Assembly: GCF_000315625.1 (NCBI RefSeq)
Contig: NW_005434582.1
Coordinates: forward strand, 170,152-234,151
Direction: 5' to 3'
Source of the DNA: Guillardia theta CCMP2712
Lineage: Eukaryota > Protista > Cryptophyta
DNA length: 64,000 bases
The notes beneath the pieces were generated by a model. It was given only the letters and a program-made list of their open reading frames with translations, ran no database searches and was not told the DNA's origin. This document shows, piece by piece, positions 1-12,111 of this stretch. Within the stretch, counting starts at the first letter, position 1. Each line of letters opens with the position of its first letter. Both the position numbers and the translations under genes were made by a program.

Positions 1-3000
1 CGTCTCAGTGTTGACCAACCTCCAGGTCCTGAACCTGAATCGCAACCAGCTGGACTCCCTGCCTGCAGAATTCACCGGCTTGACGAACTTGACAAGCTTC
101 TCGATCCAGTCCAATCACTTCCTGCAAGCTCCAGCCTGCCTGCAATTATGGACGGGCCTTAAGGAGCTCGATCTCTCACACAACAAGATCACTGTTCTCC
201 CCGTGCAGATCCTCCAGCCGCTCAAGGAACTCTCCCAAGTGGATGTCAGCTCGAATCAGCTGGTCGAGGTGCGGGGTCCGATCTGGATGCTCCCCAAGCT
301 GAAGCAGCTGCTCGTCTCGGAGAACCCCATCGTCTCCCCTCCCATGACTTTCGTCTCGCGAGGGAAGCGAGCTGTCATGTCCTACTTTGCGTCCATCGAG
401 TCTGCGCACAAGAACCGGAAGCTCGACCTGAGCTCGACGATGCTACAAGCCATCCCGAGTGAAGTGTTTTCAGTCAAGAGTTTGACGTCCCTCCATTTCG
501 AGGACAACAGCCTGACGGAGGTACCCAGCAGCATCTCAGTGCTTGTCAACCTCTCCGTCCTCTCTTTCAAGAACAATCAGATCGTAAAAGTCAGCGAGGC
601 GATCTCTTCCTTGAACAGCCTGCGGGAACTTGAGCTCTCTGACAACCAGATTGCAGAGCTACCGATCCTCTCAATGGTGTCCCTCACCAACTTGTCGTCT
701 CTGGGACTCGCTGCAAACAATCTAGACTCACCTCCCTTCGAGCTGTTTCTCTCTACCTCGCTCAAGAAGATCAAGCTCGCAGACAACCCGCAGCTCACTT
801 CGCTCCCTCCTCACCTCCTCGAGGCCCAGGAGGGAGAGGCTCTTGTCGCCTTCCTGCGTTTGGAGGCCATGGCGCTGGTGACAGGCAAGATGATCCTTTC
901 CTCACAGCAGCTTTCTTCTTTCCCAAGAGAAGCTTTCAGGGTTCCCATCCTCACTGAGCTCAACTTGTCCTCCAACAAGATCGCGAGGATTCCTGAGTCC
1001 ATGGAGCAGCTTTCGTTGCTGTCAAAGCTGCTGCTGGAGAACAACTTCCTTGACGAGTTAGATCCGTCTCTGGGGTTGTGCGTTACCTTGAATGAGATTC
1101 GGATGGCAGGGAACGAGCTGACAACTTTGCCAGACCTCGCAAGGTTGTCAAACCTGACGTTCTTTGATCTATCGAGAAATCACTTCTCGTCTCTCCCTGC
1201 CACTCTGCAGTATTGTACAGTTCTCTCCCACCTCAACATGTCACACAACTTGCTCGAGACCCTGCCTGAGTGGATATGCAACATGTCCAGCCTCAAGTAT
1301 CTTTACGTCACTCACAATCGCCTCACAACCATTCCCATCCAGATGGCAGAGCTCAAGCGTCTCAAGGACTTTGACTTCTCTGACAACGATATCGACTTCC
1401 CTCCTGCCTTCATTGTTGAGAGCAGCTGGGAGACGGTCAAATTGTTTCTCGGCAAGCTGCAAGGGGCTCCTTCTTCCAAGCAGGTTGACCTCTCTGGGCT
1501 GAAGATGCAATCTTTCTCTTGTCACACCTACATCGCGTCGTTCGGCCTGACCCACCTCAACTTGTCGGATACGGGTTTGCGCCATCTCAGAGAAGACGTC
1601 TCCCGCCTCCTCCATCTTCGGCTGTTCGACCTCCGCAACAATCTCATGACAAGCCTGCCGGGAAGCCTCGGAGCTCTCAAGCAGCTGGACACTCTCTTGG
1701 TCGACAACAACAAGCTTACTGAGCTGACAGCTGCAATCTCAGACTGTTCATCCCTTACCTTCCTCTCGCTCAGCAAGAACAATCTTACCTCTCTCCCCCC
1801 TCCACTTGGAATCCTCACTTCCTTGAAGACCCTTCAAGTGATGGACAATCAGCTTGTCTCCCCCCCGGACTTCTACGTCCGCAGGAGGACTCTCCCTTGG
1901 ACCCTCGCCTACCTCCGCGCGCTTGACGCTGCTCATGACCAGGGTCATCTCCAGCTCAACGGGATGAGCCTGTCGGAGATCCCGAGCGACTGCCTGCAGA
2001 AGACGTCGGTAGTGAAGTTGAGCCTGAACAACAACGACATCCGAGACATTGCCAAGTCCGTCAGCTCCCTGCAGGCTCTGCAGGTGCTTGCCCTGGCCAA
2101 CAACAAGCTGACGCAGCTGCCGGACAGTGTCTGCGGGCTGACAACACTGCAATCCCTCATCATCGATGACAACATGTTGAAGGACTTGAACACCAACATC
2201 GTCCAGCTAGGGTCTCTCATCAACCTCTCCTTCGCTCACAACATGATCTTGATGCTTCCCCAGGAGCTGTCAGCGCTCAGTCGGATCAAGAAACTCTGCG
2301 CTGACGGCAATCAGATGGGAGAATTCCCTTCAGTCACGATGCAGATGACCACTCTCCAGGTCCTCTCGCTCAGGAAGTGCGGACTAGTCGATGTCCCGCC
2401 CAACATCACAAAGCTGGCAAACCTGCTAGAGTTCAACGTGGCTGACAACCTTCTCGACTCCCTACCGTCCCTCTCGGCTCTGTCTCAGCTGCAGATCCTG
2501 CGCCTATCAAACAACAGATTCCAAGAGCTCCCCAGCACGATCCCATTGCTCACACAGATGAAGGAGCTGTCCATTACCGGCAACATGATCCAATCTCTGC
2601 CTCCTGAGTTCGCGTCGCTGTCAAAGTTGGACACCCTCCATCTTGACGGCCAGAACTTCGACTCGATCCCCAAGGAAATCGTCAGGCAGGGAGGGCGAAG
2701 GGTTCTTGACTATATGAGGAGGCTGAACAATGCTGAGATGACGAGATCGATTGATCTGACCAATATGAACCTTGCAAAGGTCCCAACCTCCGTGTTTCTC
2801 ATCCCCTCGCTGCAGCATCTTGTCTTGAGCAGCAATCCTGTTAGTATCCTTCCGCCGAGCATCTCTCTTCTCTCTTCTCTCCGAACTCTCTCGGTCAAGG
2901 ACACGCAAGTGAGAAGCTTGCCCTTGGAGATGAGTCACTTGCTCGAGCTCAACGCTCTAGAGCTCGACGAGGAAAAGATGGTGTTTCCCCCAGCTGATGT

Positions 3001-6000
3001 CTGCGGCAAGGGGACAAGAGAAGTGTTGCTATACCTCAGGAAGGTTGCGAATGCTGCCCAGCTAGGCAAACTTGACCTGAGCAACTGTGGGATGCGCGAT
3101 ATTCCTCTCCAGATCGCCTATCTCTCAGGTATCACCGCGCTGGATCTGTCAAAGAACAGGATCACCAGGATCCCAGCTGAAATGGCTCTACTGGTCGAGC
3201 TGGAGACCCTGGACCTGCAGGGCAACCCGTTGCGCCCTCACCTGCAGGACATCGTGAACCGGGGGGTCGACGCGCTCAAGAGGTATCTCAAGTGCCTACA
3301 CCATGCCCTCCAGACAGGGAAGGTAGACATTGTAGGGCAGTCCCTGCGGTTCTATCCCGATGATATCCAGCTGGAATGGAACGTCAACTTCCTCCGGCTT
3401 GACGACAACCAACTGCAGCACCTGCCGAGCAAGCTGGGAACGCTGGTGAACTTGACGTGCTTGTCACTCTGCAGCAACAAACTTGCCGAGCTGCCAGACA
3501 GCACCAGCAAACTCATCAATCTCCAGACAGTCCTGCTGGACTTGAATGGCTTCTCTCGACCTCCTGCTTGTCTGTTCAAGCTAATGAGGCTGAAATGTCT
3601 GTCGATTACCAACAATCAGCTTGAGGGAATTGACGACGAGGTAGGCAATCTCAAGAATCTCGAGAAGCTGAATGTTCAGATGAACTCTTCTCTCACGCAC
3701 CTCCCTCTTTCTCTTGGCAGACTCAGCAAGCTGGAGGAGATACTGTTTGATGAGTCGACTGTAAACCTGCCGGATGCTCATTTCCACGGGGAGAAATTCT
3801 TTTGGTACCTCAAGAAGCTCGACGAGTCGACCAGGACACACACTTTGGACCTGAGTAACCTCAAGTTGAGCACAATGCCAGCTGAAGTTCTCCTCCTCTC
3901 CTCCCTCACTGTGCTCTCCCTGGCGAGGAACAAGATCGAGCATCTCCCTGAAGAGCTCGGCCACCGGCTGTCACAGCTTCGTATGCTCGACCTGGAGTCC
4001 AACAAGCTGAAGAAGCTCCCGGACAGCATCGGGTACGCAAGGCACCTCACCTGTCTCTGCGCGTTGGGCAACGACATCCAGCTCATCCCCAGCAGCCTCG
4101 GAGTGGTGCACGATCATGGGATGCTCCTCGAGCTGGACCCGGACAAGCTCATCTCGCCTCCAGCTGAGATTTTCGGCAAAGGAATGACTTTTACCCTGTC
4201 GTACCTCTTGATCCTCGAGAGGGCTCGAGAGTCCAGACAGCTCTCGCTCAACAAGTGGAGTTTGTTCTCCTTGCCCTCAGAGATCTGCTGGATACCCTCC
4301 CTCACAGACCTCACAGTCGACTTCAACCTTCTCAAGAGGATCCCAGCAGAGATTGAGCTGCTGACGAACTTGACGAGCTTGTCAGCCCAGCACAACGAGC
4401 TTGAGGCGCTTCCTCCTGAACTCTCCGCCATATCCACATTGAGATCGCTCATGGTGGAGGAGAATCCGTTCTCACTCAACTTCCCAACGAAGGCTCAGCG
4501 ATCGAAAGATATCGATTCCATTCTTGGCTTTCTGAGGTGAATCACTGTAATGCTTCCTCTTGTTCTGACACGTCCCGCTCTCTTCGTTTCCTTCCTGTGC
4601 ACTCTTCCTACATTGTCTTGTCCCCATTGCTCTCTTTTTCTCTTCTTTCTCTTCTTGCATCCTCTCCTTCTGTTCACTTGCAAACCAGGGAGGTCTACAT
4701 GGCAAAGAGGCAGTCGTCCATACTCGACATTGGCAAGCTAGGAATTGACGAGCTTCACCTAGAGGGAAGTACTCTCAGCTCCCTCCGCAACCTCCGTCTC
4801 GATGGCTCCCCGCGCGTCAACCTGGAGAATTTTCTTTTGACAGGGTCCAAAGTCCAGCTCGAGTGCCTGCAGGAGATCAGCATGAGGGAGAGCAGCATCT
4901 CCGAACTCCCGCCGTTCTTGACATGTCTGTACAACTTGAAGATCCTGTGCCTGGACAGGAACCGCTTCTCGTCCATTCCCACTCCTCTCTGCGTGCAGTT
5001 TCCGATGCTCGAAGAGCTGCACATGCCCTACAATCAGATCACTTCCATCTCCGAGGAAGTATCCCTGCTGACTGCGCTCAGGATTCTCAACCTGGGCAAC
5101 AACCTTCTGACATCCCTTTCTGAAGTCATTGGAGAGTGCGTCACTGCACTGCATGTGATCTCTGTTGTGCGTTCATGCTCTTGCGTAATGACGAGTCTTC
5201 CTGCAGGACCTCCATGTCGGTCACAACCAGATCTCCTTCCTACCCGCCAACCTCACCAGGATCGCTGGGTCCCTCAAGCTCCTCGACCTTGAGAGCAACC
5301 TGTTCACCTCCCTCCCTTCCGTCGTGCTCTCTCTGACGAGGCTAGAGGAGTTGCGATTGGCTGGAAACGACCTGTCCCAGCTCCCGCTCGAGCTGGGAAG
5401 GCTGGTGTATCTCAAATCCTTGACTGTGCCCATGACAGACCTTGGAAGCGTCCCCAAGGACGTTGTAGAGGCAGGAGGAGCTGCAGTGGTGCGGTACATC
5501 TGCGGGGTGACGGATTGTGAGAGCACAGGCTTCCTTGACTACTCCTCGCTCAACCTCCGCTCGATTCCCAGCTCTCTCCGCCTCCTCCTGACCTCCCTCA
5601 CCACCCTCAAGCTGGACAACAACCCGGTCAAACGGCTTCCCTCCTGGCTGGGAGAAATGCAGAGGCTGCGGCGGATCTCACTATGTCAGACTCCTCTAGT
5701 CCGTCTGCCTGCAACTCTTGGGGCGATCTCGACGCTGGACGAGGTTGTGGTGGACATGGACAGGTGGACCCGCTCGTTGTCTTGGCGTCTTCCTTTAACT
5801 TCTCCTTGCAGCGCAACCCTTCTATCTCCTCCTCAGGAAGTCGTTCGAATGGGAAACCTCTCCATCGTTTCCTATCTCCGGCGGTCGTACGCTGCGGGTA
5901 AGACCGTCTTCATCTAGATACACGAATCTAAGATCGTATCGATCAGTCCTTCATCACCAGCTGGACTTGTCTGGGTTTCGACTGGCTCAATTTCCCTTCT

Positions 6001-9000
6001 ACGCTATCAGCTCGCCAGCATCTCTTACTTCCATCACTCTCAACGACAACGCAATCTCCGAGGTACCTGGTGACATCTCCAAACTCACCAGCCTCGTCCT
6101 CCTCTCCATGTCCAACAACAACATCTCGCAGCTTCCGAAGCATTCCTTCCTGCTGTTGAGCTCCTTGCGCTCGCTGAATGTCGCCGGCAATCCACTCACC
6201 GTGCTCCCTGTTACCCTGGGCTCACTGAAGAAGCTTGAGTACCTTGAGTATGACGGAAACTCCGTAGTCTCTCCTCCCCGTGACATCCTTGTCAAGAGCG
6301 TTCAATCAGTGGTATCGTACCTCAAACGCGCTTGGGAAGGCAGGAGGACGGGCATGCTGGATTTGAGCAGCCTCGACCTCACAGAGATTCCTCTAGAGGT
6401 TACTGGCTGGAGTCCTCTGATCGAAGAGGAGGGCCAAGGGCAGGAGCAGCCTTCTGTCTCTGCGGAGGAGGAGGCGAGTCCTGCAGAGGAAGGAGCTGTT
6501 ATGAATGTACCAGAAGGAGAGTTCCCATCTGCTGCTGATGCTCCTGTGGGCAATGTGTACGTGATCGATGATGAAGTTGGGAGGATGGAGAAGCTGGAGA
6601 TGAACGAAGCGGATGTGAAGGATGCAGCCCTTAATCAAGGAGAAGCAGCAGACATCGACGATGCGTTGTATGTCGACACTGATGTTGACAGGTCATTTGA
6701 GCAGGAAGATGCTGAAGTTGTACGTGCAGAGGACGTGAAGAAGATGCAGGAAACGCTCCTTGGGCAGATACAGCCGATGAAGGAGAAGGAGCACGGCGAA
6801 GAAGGGGAGGAGTCCTCGGATGAGCTGGTGGCATCAGACGACGATTCGAACCCCAAAGAGCTGAGCGACATCTTTGATCTCAGCAATTACACCCGGGATT
6901 TGATGGAGGATGGAGTTGCCTTCAAGACAGTTGTTTCCATCAACCTCGAACGAAACAAGGTCACCAGCCTCACCCCTGACATTCAGAGGATGTTGTGTTT
7001 GCGGGAGATCTCCCTCTGTAACAATGAGATCAAGAGTTTCCCCGACTCGCTCTCGTCCCTTCCGAACCTGATCAGAATCGATGCGAGTGACAACCTGCTG
7101 AATAGTCTCCCTGCTCTCATGGGAGGGCTCTGCTCCAGTCTCAAGTACCTCCAGCTGCAGAACAACCGGTTTACCAGCTTGCCTGGGTCTCTTGAAAGCC
7201 TGTCATCGCTTGTGAAGCTGTCCATGGACGGGAACATGATAGAGGTTGTCGAGATCAAGTCGGAGTTCTCCTTGAACGATCTAGAGAACTTCCAGCTGAA
7301 CTCCAACAGGGTCAGCTCCTTCGAAGTCTGCCAGAACTCCATGGCCTCCCTCAAGGTCCTAGGAGCGAATCATAACCTGATGCAAGATTGGCCGGACGCA
7401 CTGATGCAGTGCAGAGGGCTGAAAGAGCTGCACCTTGATGACAACAAGCTCACTCATGTCTCATCGAGTGTTGGGAACCTGAGGAGATTGAAGGTGATCC
7501 TGCTTGTCCTTGGCAGTGGCGGGTCGTGACTGCTGTCAGGTGCTCCACATGAGGAAGAATGAGTTGAAAAGCCTCCCGCCAGAGCTGTGTCGAGCCAAGA
7601 GGTGAGTCGAACGTTTGTTGGTCTCCAATCCTCATGGTGAACAAGGTTGATGACATTGGACCTCTTGGGAAACCCTTTGAACGAGGTCTGGGCAACCTAA
7701 TTCGAATGTTCTCAGAGTGACTAAATCTTACAGATGGCCCCTATCTGTGCTCCTGATCACGACATCGCCGCTATCCTGACCTATCTTCGCGCAATCTATA
7801 AGTCTTTTCGGACATCTACTGCCAACCTAAGTTCACTCTCGCCAGGTTCCATTCCCATCCAAACTTTCAAGGTATCGGAGAACACTTTCCTGACTGATTC
7901 TTGATGTGACTTGCTGTCATCAGTTTGGGCACATCCACAGCCTTGACATCTCTTCAAATCAACTGGAATTTCTCTCTCAGCATATCAAGTTGCTTACTGC
8001 ACTGGGCTCGCTGAACCTAAAGGACAACAGACTGGAAGAAATCCCGATAGAGCTGACGTTCTGTCGTCAGCTGCATACCCTTCATCTGGACGGAAACAGG
8101 TTCCGCCAAGTGGTTCCAAACATCTGTGTCCTCAAGAGCCTCCAAGTCTTGACCATGTCGTCGAACAGACTCGCCACAATCACCTGTGAGATTGCAAACA
8201 TGGTCGGCCTGGTGATGTTGGACTTTCGATTCAACACAAGCCTGAGCAAAGTAGTTGAGATGTACCTCAACGAGGATATCCAGAAGCTCATGATCTATCT
8301 CCGCACGATCCAAGACGGTTTCATCTACGGGAGCATCAACCTAAGCAGGAGAGGCCTGTTTCACTTCCCCGTCGAGGTGCTGCAAGCCGGCGAGTACATC
8401 ACCAGCTTGATTCTCAGCTACAACGACATCGAGGAGATCCCGTACGACATCAGCTCTCTCAGCTGCCTCACCGTCCTGGACGTGAGCAACAACCGAGTCA
8501 AGGAACTTCCGGAGGCCGTCGGGCTCATGACAGGGCTACGTGAGGTCTACCTGGGCAGCAACAATCTCAGGGTCCTTCCCTCCTCCTTTGAGAAGCTTGT
8601 CCATCTCTCCGCTCTCGACGTGCAGTTCAACCCCCTCGACACATTCCCCTTCCACCTCATCGACCGCTGGAGTTCAATCTCGACGCTCAACCTTGACACT
8701 GAGCGTATGGTCGTCCTGCCCGATGGAGCGACGCAGTCAAGGAGCGAGCTGGTACCTCTTGAAATCTCTTGCCAAGGACAGGAGCAATGCCTCAACTACT
8801 CTCACAGACTGAGACAAGCCCGGATGACTGGCTCTCTTGATGTGTCCGTGATGCAACTCGCGTTCGTTCCCAACTCTATCATCTGTCTTCCCCAGCTGAC
8901 TGCGCTCAACATGACGGGGAACCTGCTCTTCCTCATCCCCGACGCCATCTCCGGCCTGCACTCCTTGACCGAGTGGAGCCTCAACGATAACCGGCTGCGA

Positions 9001-10030
9001 GAAATCCCGGCATCTGTCTGCAAGCTCACAAGGCTGAGAGATCTGTCAGTCATGGACAACAAGCTCTTGTCGATCGCGCCTGAGGTTGGGCTGATAACGA
9101 CCCTGCGAAGGCTCCAGCTGGAGAACAACGCGAAGCTCAAGTGTCCTCCTGTCGAAGTTTACTCGAGAGGAATTCAAGCGACGCTCTCCTACCTCAGATC
9201 CATCATGCAGGGCATATCGACCGGCAGCATCGATCTCGCTTCCAGCAGCTTGTCCAGCTTGGAACTTCCCTTTGACAGGCTGGCAGTAAAGCTAAGAGCC
9301 ATGCAGCTTTCTAACAATCTTCTCGACGAAATACCGCAGGTGTTTGTAAGCAAGTCGTTGGTGCGTTAGATGACGATGTTGCCAGGGCATGTCGAGTCTG
9401 AGCAACCTGACCGTGCTATGGTTGGACAACAATAAGGTATCACGTCGAGAACTCCCACGTTTCCCTCTCCCTCTCCCTCTCCCTCTTCCTTTTCCTTCCC
9501 CTTCCCCTATCTCCCCCTTCTGCTCCTCACCTCCTTCTTCCTTTCCCTCACTCCCTGCCTCTCGTTCCCTCCCCTCCTCTCTGACGCAGACGCATTCCAG
9601 CTCTCTAGCCTCCCGAACAACCTCGGCAAGATGCGAGTGCTTCAAAGTTTGTCTCTCCCGTGCAATAGCTTCACCGCCATGCCGGCATGTATCTGCGACC
9701 TGCCATGTCTGGAAAGTTTGAACATGGACGAGAATCCGATGAGGCCAGTCGGGCCCTTGTCAAATCACCCAACGCTGACTTGTGGCTCACCAGGTTCTTG
9801 CATCCGAGGATTTCCGAGCTCCAGTCGCTGCGCATCTTGTCGCTACGGAACAACCGGCTCACGATGCTTCCTAGCAGCGTCGCAGGGCTCTCATCGCTAC
9901 GGAAGCTCGTTTTGCAAGGTTGGAGGCCTGATGAACTTGAGGTGAAAGCTGACTGAATGATTCAGGGAACCCGCTTGCTCCGCTGCCGCCATCTCTCCGA
10001 GACCGTCAAGACGTAGAGCTAGAGCTCTGA
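1..10030 (+). CDS. Giant multi-exon leucine-rich-repeat protein (5' end outside the window; roughly 3000 aa in view), built of tandem capped LRR modules
   Basis: Continuous LxxLxLxxNxL repeats through ORFs 8-4540, 4537-5292, 5324-5917, 5967-7529, 7906-9369 and beyond. These are joined by GT-AG introns (e.g. 4537-4688, 5155-5206). The window opens on an acceptor (ctcag|, 4-8). The last exon reads GNPLAPLPPSLRDRQDVELEL*, with TGA at 10028-10030. Confidence 0.9.
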
Positions 10031-10039
10031 GAGCCTGTT

Positions 10040-10601
10040 TGATCGTCACGGCTGGGCTCGGAAAGGGCGGCCGTCAGCGTTGCCGCCGCATTTCAATCAT
10101 GCGGCAGTGCGGCCATAACTTACTGTACTACTGAAACGGTTACGGAGTCACGCGAACTTCAGGCTGAGGGTGACTCAATGAGCCTCGGAGTCACTGAATT
10201 CTGAGCCACCGTTGACTCGCCGCCGCCTCTGACTAGTGAATTGCCTTGACGGCCATCCGGGGCACAGTGTGAGACTTGAAGGTTTTTTTCACAGTTTTAT
10301 TAGTAGTATGCCGCCGGGTTTTCAGTCGGAGCCGCTCGGAGGCCCCCCCGCTGGGCAGTCACAGATCCGAGCCTCGGACCGTCACCGTGAGAGCAGCGGC
10401 CACCGGCCCGCCGGGGCTCCGAGCGGCGAGTCACTGCGGCACCCGGTAGCGGCCGTCCCCGGCCGGCAAACATTCAAACGGTTAAGTTAACTTAGTAAAA
10501 ACCGGCCCACCCGGGCCCGGGCCGACCCTAGGCTGCTGCTAAAAGACACGGTACTTCACGTTTGAAGTTTACTCAAAGTTAAGTTAAAAATCCGATGATC
10601 A
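10040..10601. promoter_or_regulatory. GC-rich intergenic motif block (type B), copy 1
   Basis: CCGG/GGCC/GAGTC-rich. Contains TTTACTCAAAGTTAAGTTAAAAATC (10568-10592) and ATCCGATGATCA (10590-10601), both of which recur exactly in other blocks. Regulatory role is inferred. Confidence 0.45.
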
Positions 10602-11770
10602 GTACGAGGGGTGCTTCACGGTTGGAACTAGCGGTGTGTACCACCCACCCCCACACATATCTGACCAACCACGGGTCGAGTGACCCGGTCTTTATCCCAC
10701 CGTTCGGCAAATCCTCATCCGCCGGGTGACCGGTGCGAACGGTACTGGCATCCCATGACCCCTCAAATGAATGACTACCACCCCTTATTTGTGTGGGAAA
10801 ATAACCCCTTCCAAATTCAGATGGACCCGGGACTCTCATGTACCGGGGCGGGCCCTGCTGGGGCTTCGGAGTACGGGACCGTGACCCCGGTCCGTGTTAC
10901 GGCGGGGACAGTCCCCCCAGTCACCCCACCCCCGGACTCTCATGGAAGTACTACCCCTTCAATGGCCGGGGGGGGGCTTGGGAACAATACCGGTACCTCT
11001 CCATCTAGTACCCCTTGCTGACTACGATTCAAAATTATCTCGACCAGGGGTCCAGATCCAACAATGTCAGTCACACGATTGTTGTACCGGTAGTATCGGA
11101 GGGGCAGTACCCCACCCTGACAGGCAAGGCTGCCGGAGTCCCGGACATTCCGATCTAAACGGTTAGGTGGTCCCACCCCCGTTTCTGAAGGCCTCTGACC
11201 ACCCCTGTGGCCCTACCACCCCCACATCCATAACGGCAGTGCGGGGTCGGACCTGGGTTTTACCACCCCACCCCTATGTGCTAGTACCTTGGGTCACGGT
11301 ACGGTCTGAGCGGTAGTTCCTGTACTGATGTAGCGATGATGAGTAAAATCTTATAAGTCCCTCGAGACCACCCCATCGACCTGGGTGGGTGGTGCCAGTG
11401 TCATAGTTCATACATGGCAGGGGTGGTATTCATCTTATGTACCGAAAAGTTCGAATTCGGACAAATTGACTGAATTTCTGTATATAATTCAGGAATAATA
11501 ACTAAAACTTCATGAGGGATGCCTGGTCCTTTGATGTCTATATTGGGGATCGGGGCTCTCAACAGTAAATTTGAAAGTGGGGTAGGGTAGGTCATAGTAC
11601 ACCTTCAGGGGTGGGGTGGGGTGAGGTGGAACGGGTCTATAACCCCCTCTACCCTCGGTACCTTCATGAAGGTTTCCCATATACTACCCTACTCTTAAAC
11701 GATCTTTGCACGGGTGGTGAAGGACCCCAAGTGATCCCGGCTTACCACCCCCCTTTCCGACTAAAGCCTG
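10602..11770. promoter_or_regulatory. TACCC/GGGTA-rich upstream block (type A) before the kinase gene
   Basis: Dense TACCC, GGGTA, GTAC and G/C runs on both strands. No credible ORF. Lies just 5' of the kinase gene. Confidence 0.4.
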
Positions 11771-12111
11771 GACCTCATGCTAGTAGGCCTCCCTTCAAGT
11801 CCTCGCGCCAATGGAACTTGCCGCCCTTGTTCGTGCTGATCCTGCTCCCACTCCTTCCTGCTCCCTCTCTTGCCTGCTGCCTGCTTCTCCTGCTCGCCAT
11901 CCGATCTCCCTTCGTTCTGAATGCATGATCCTTATGATGACAACACTGTTGAGCGCGCAGGACAGCTTCTGACAATCTCCTACCAATTATATTCATAGTG
12001 TAGCATGCATACCTTGGCCTCATGGTGTCAAACTTCGCTACATTGTTGTGGATATATCTCGAATGCCATGATTGATTGCATCACGAATTGACTACGTAAT
12101 TTGTTTGGTAG

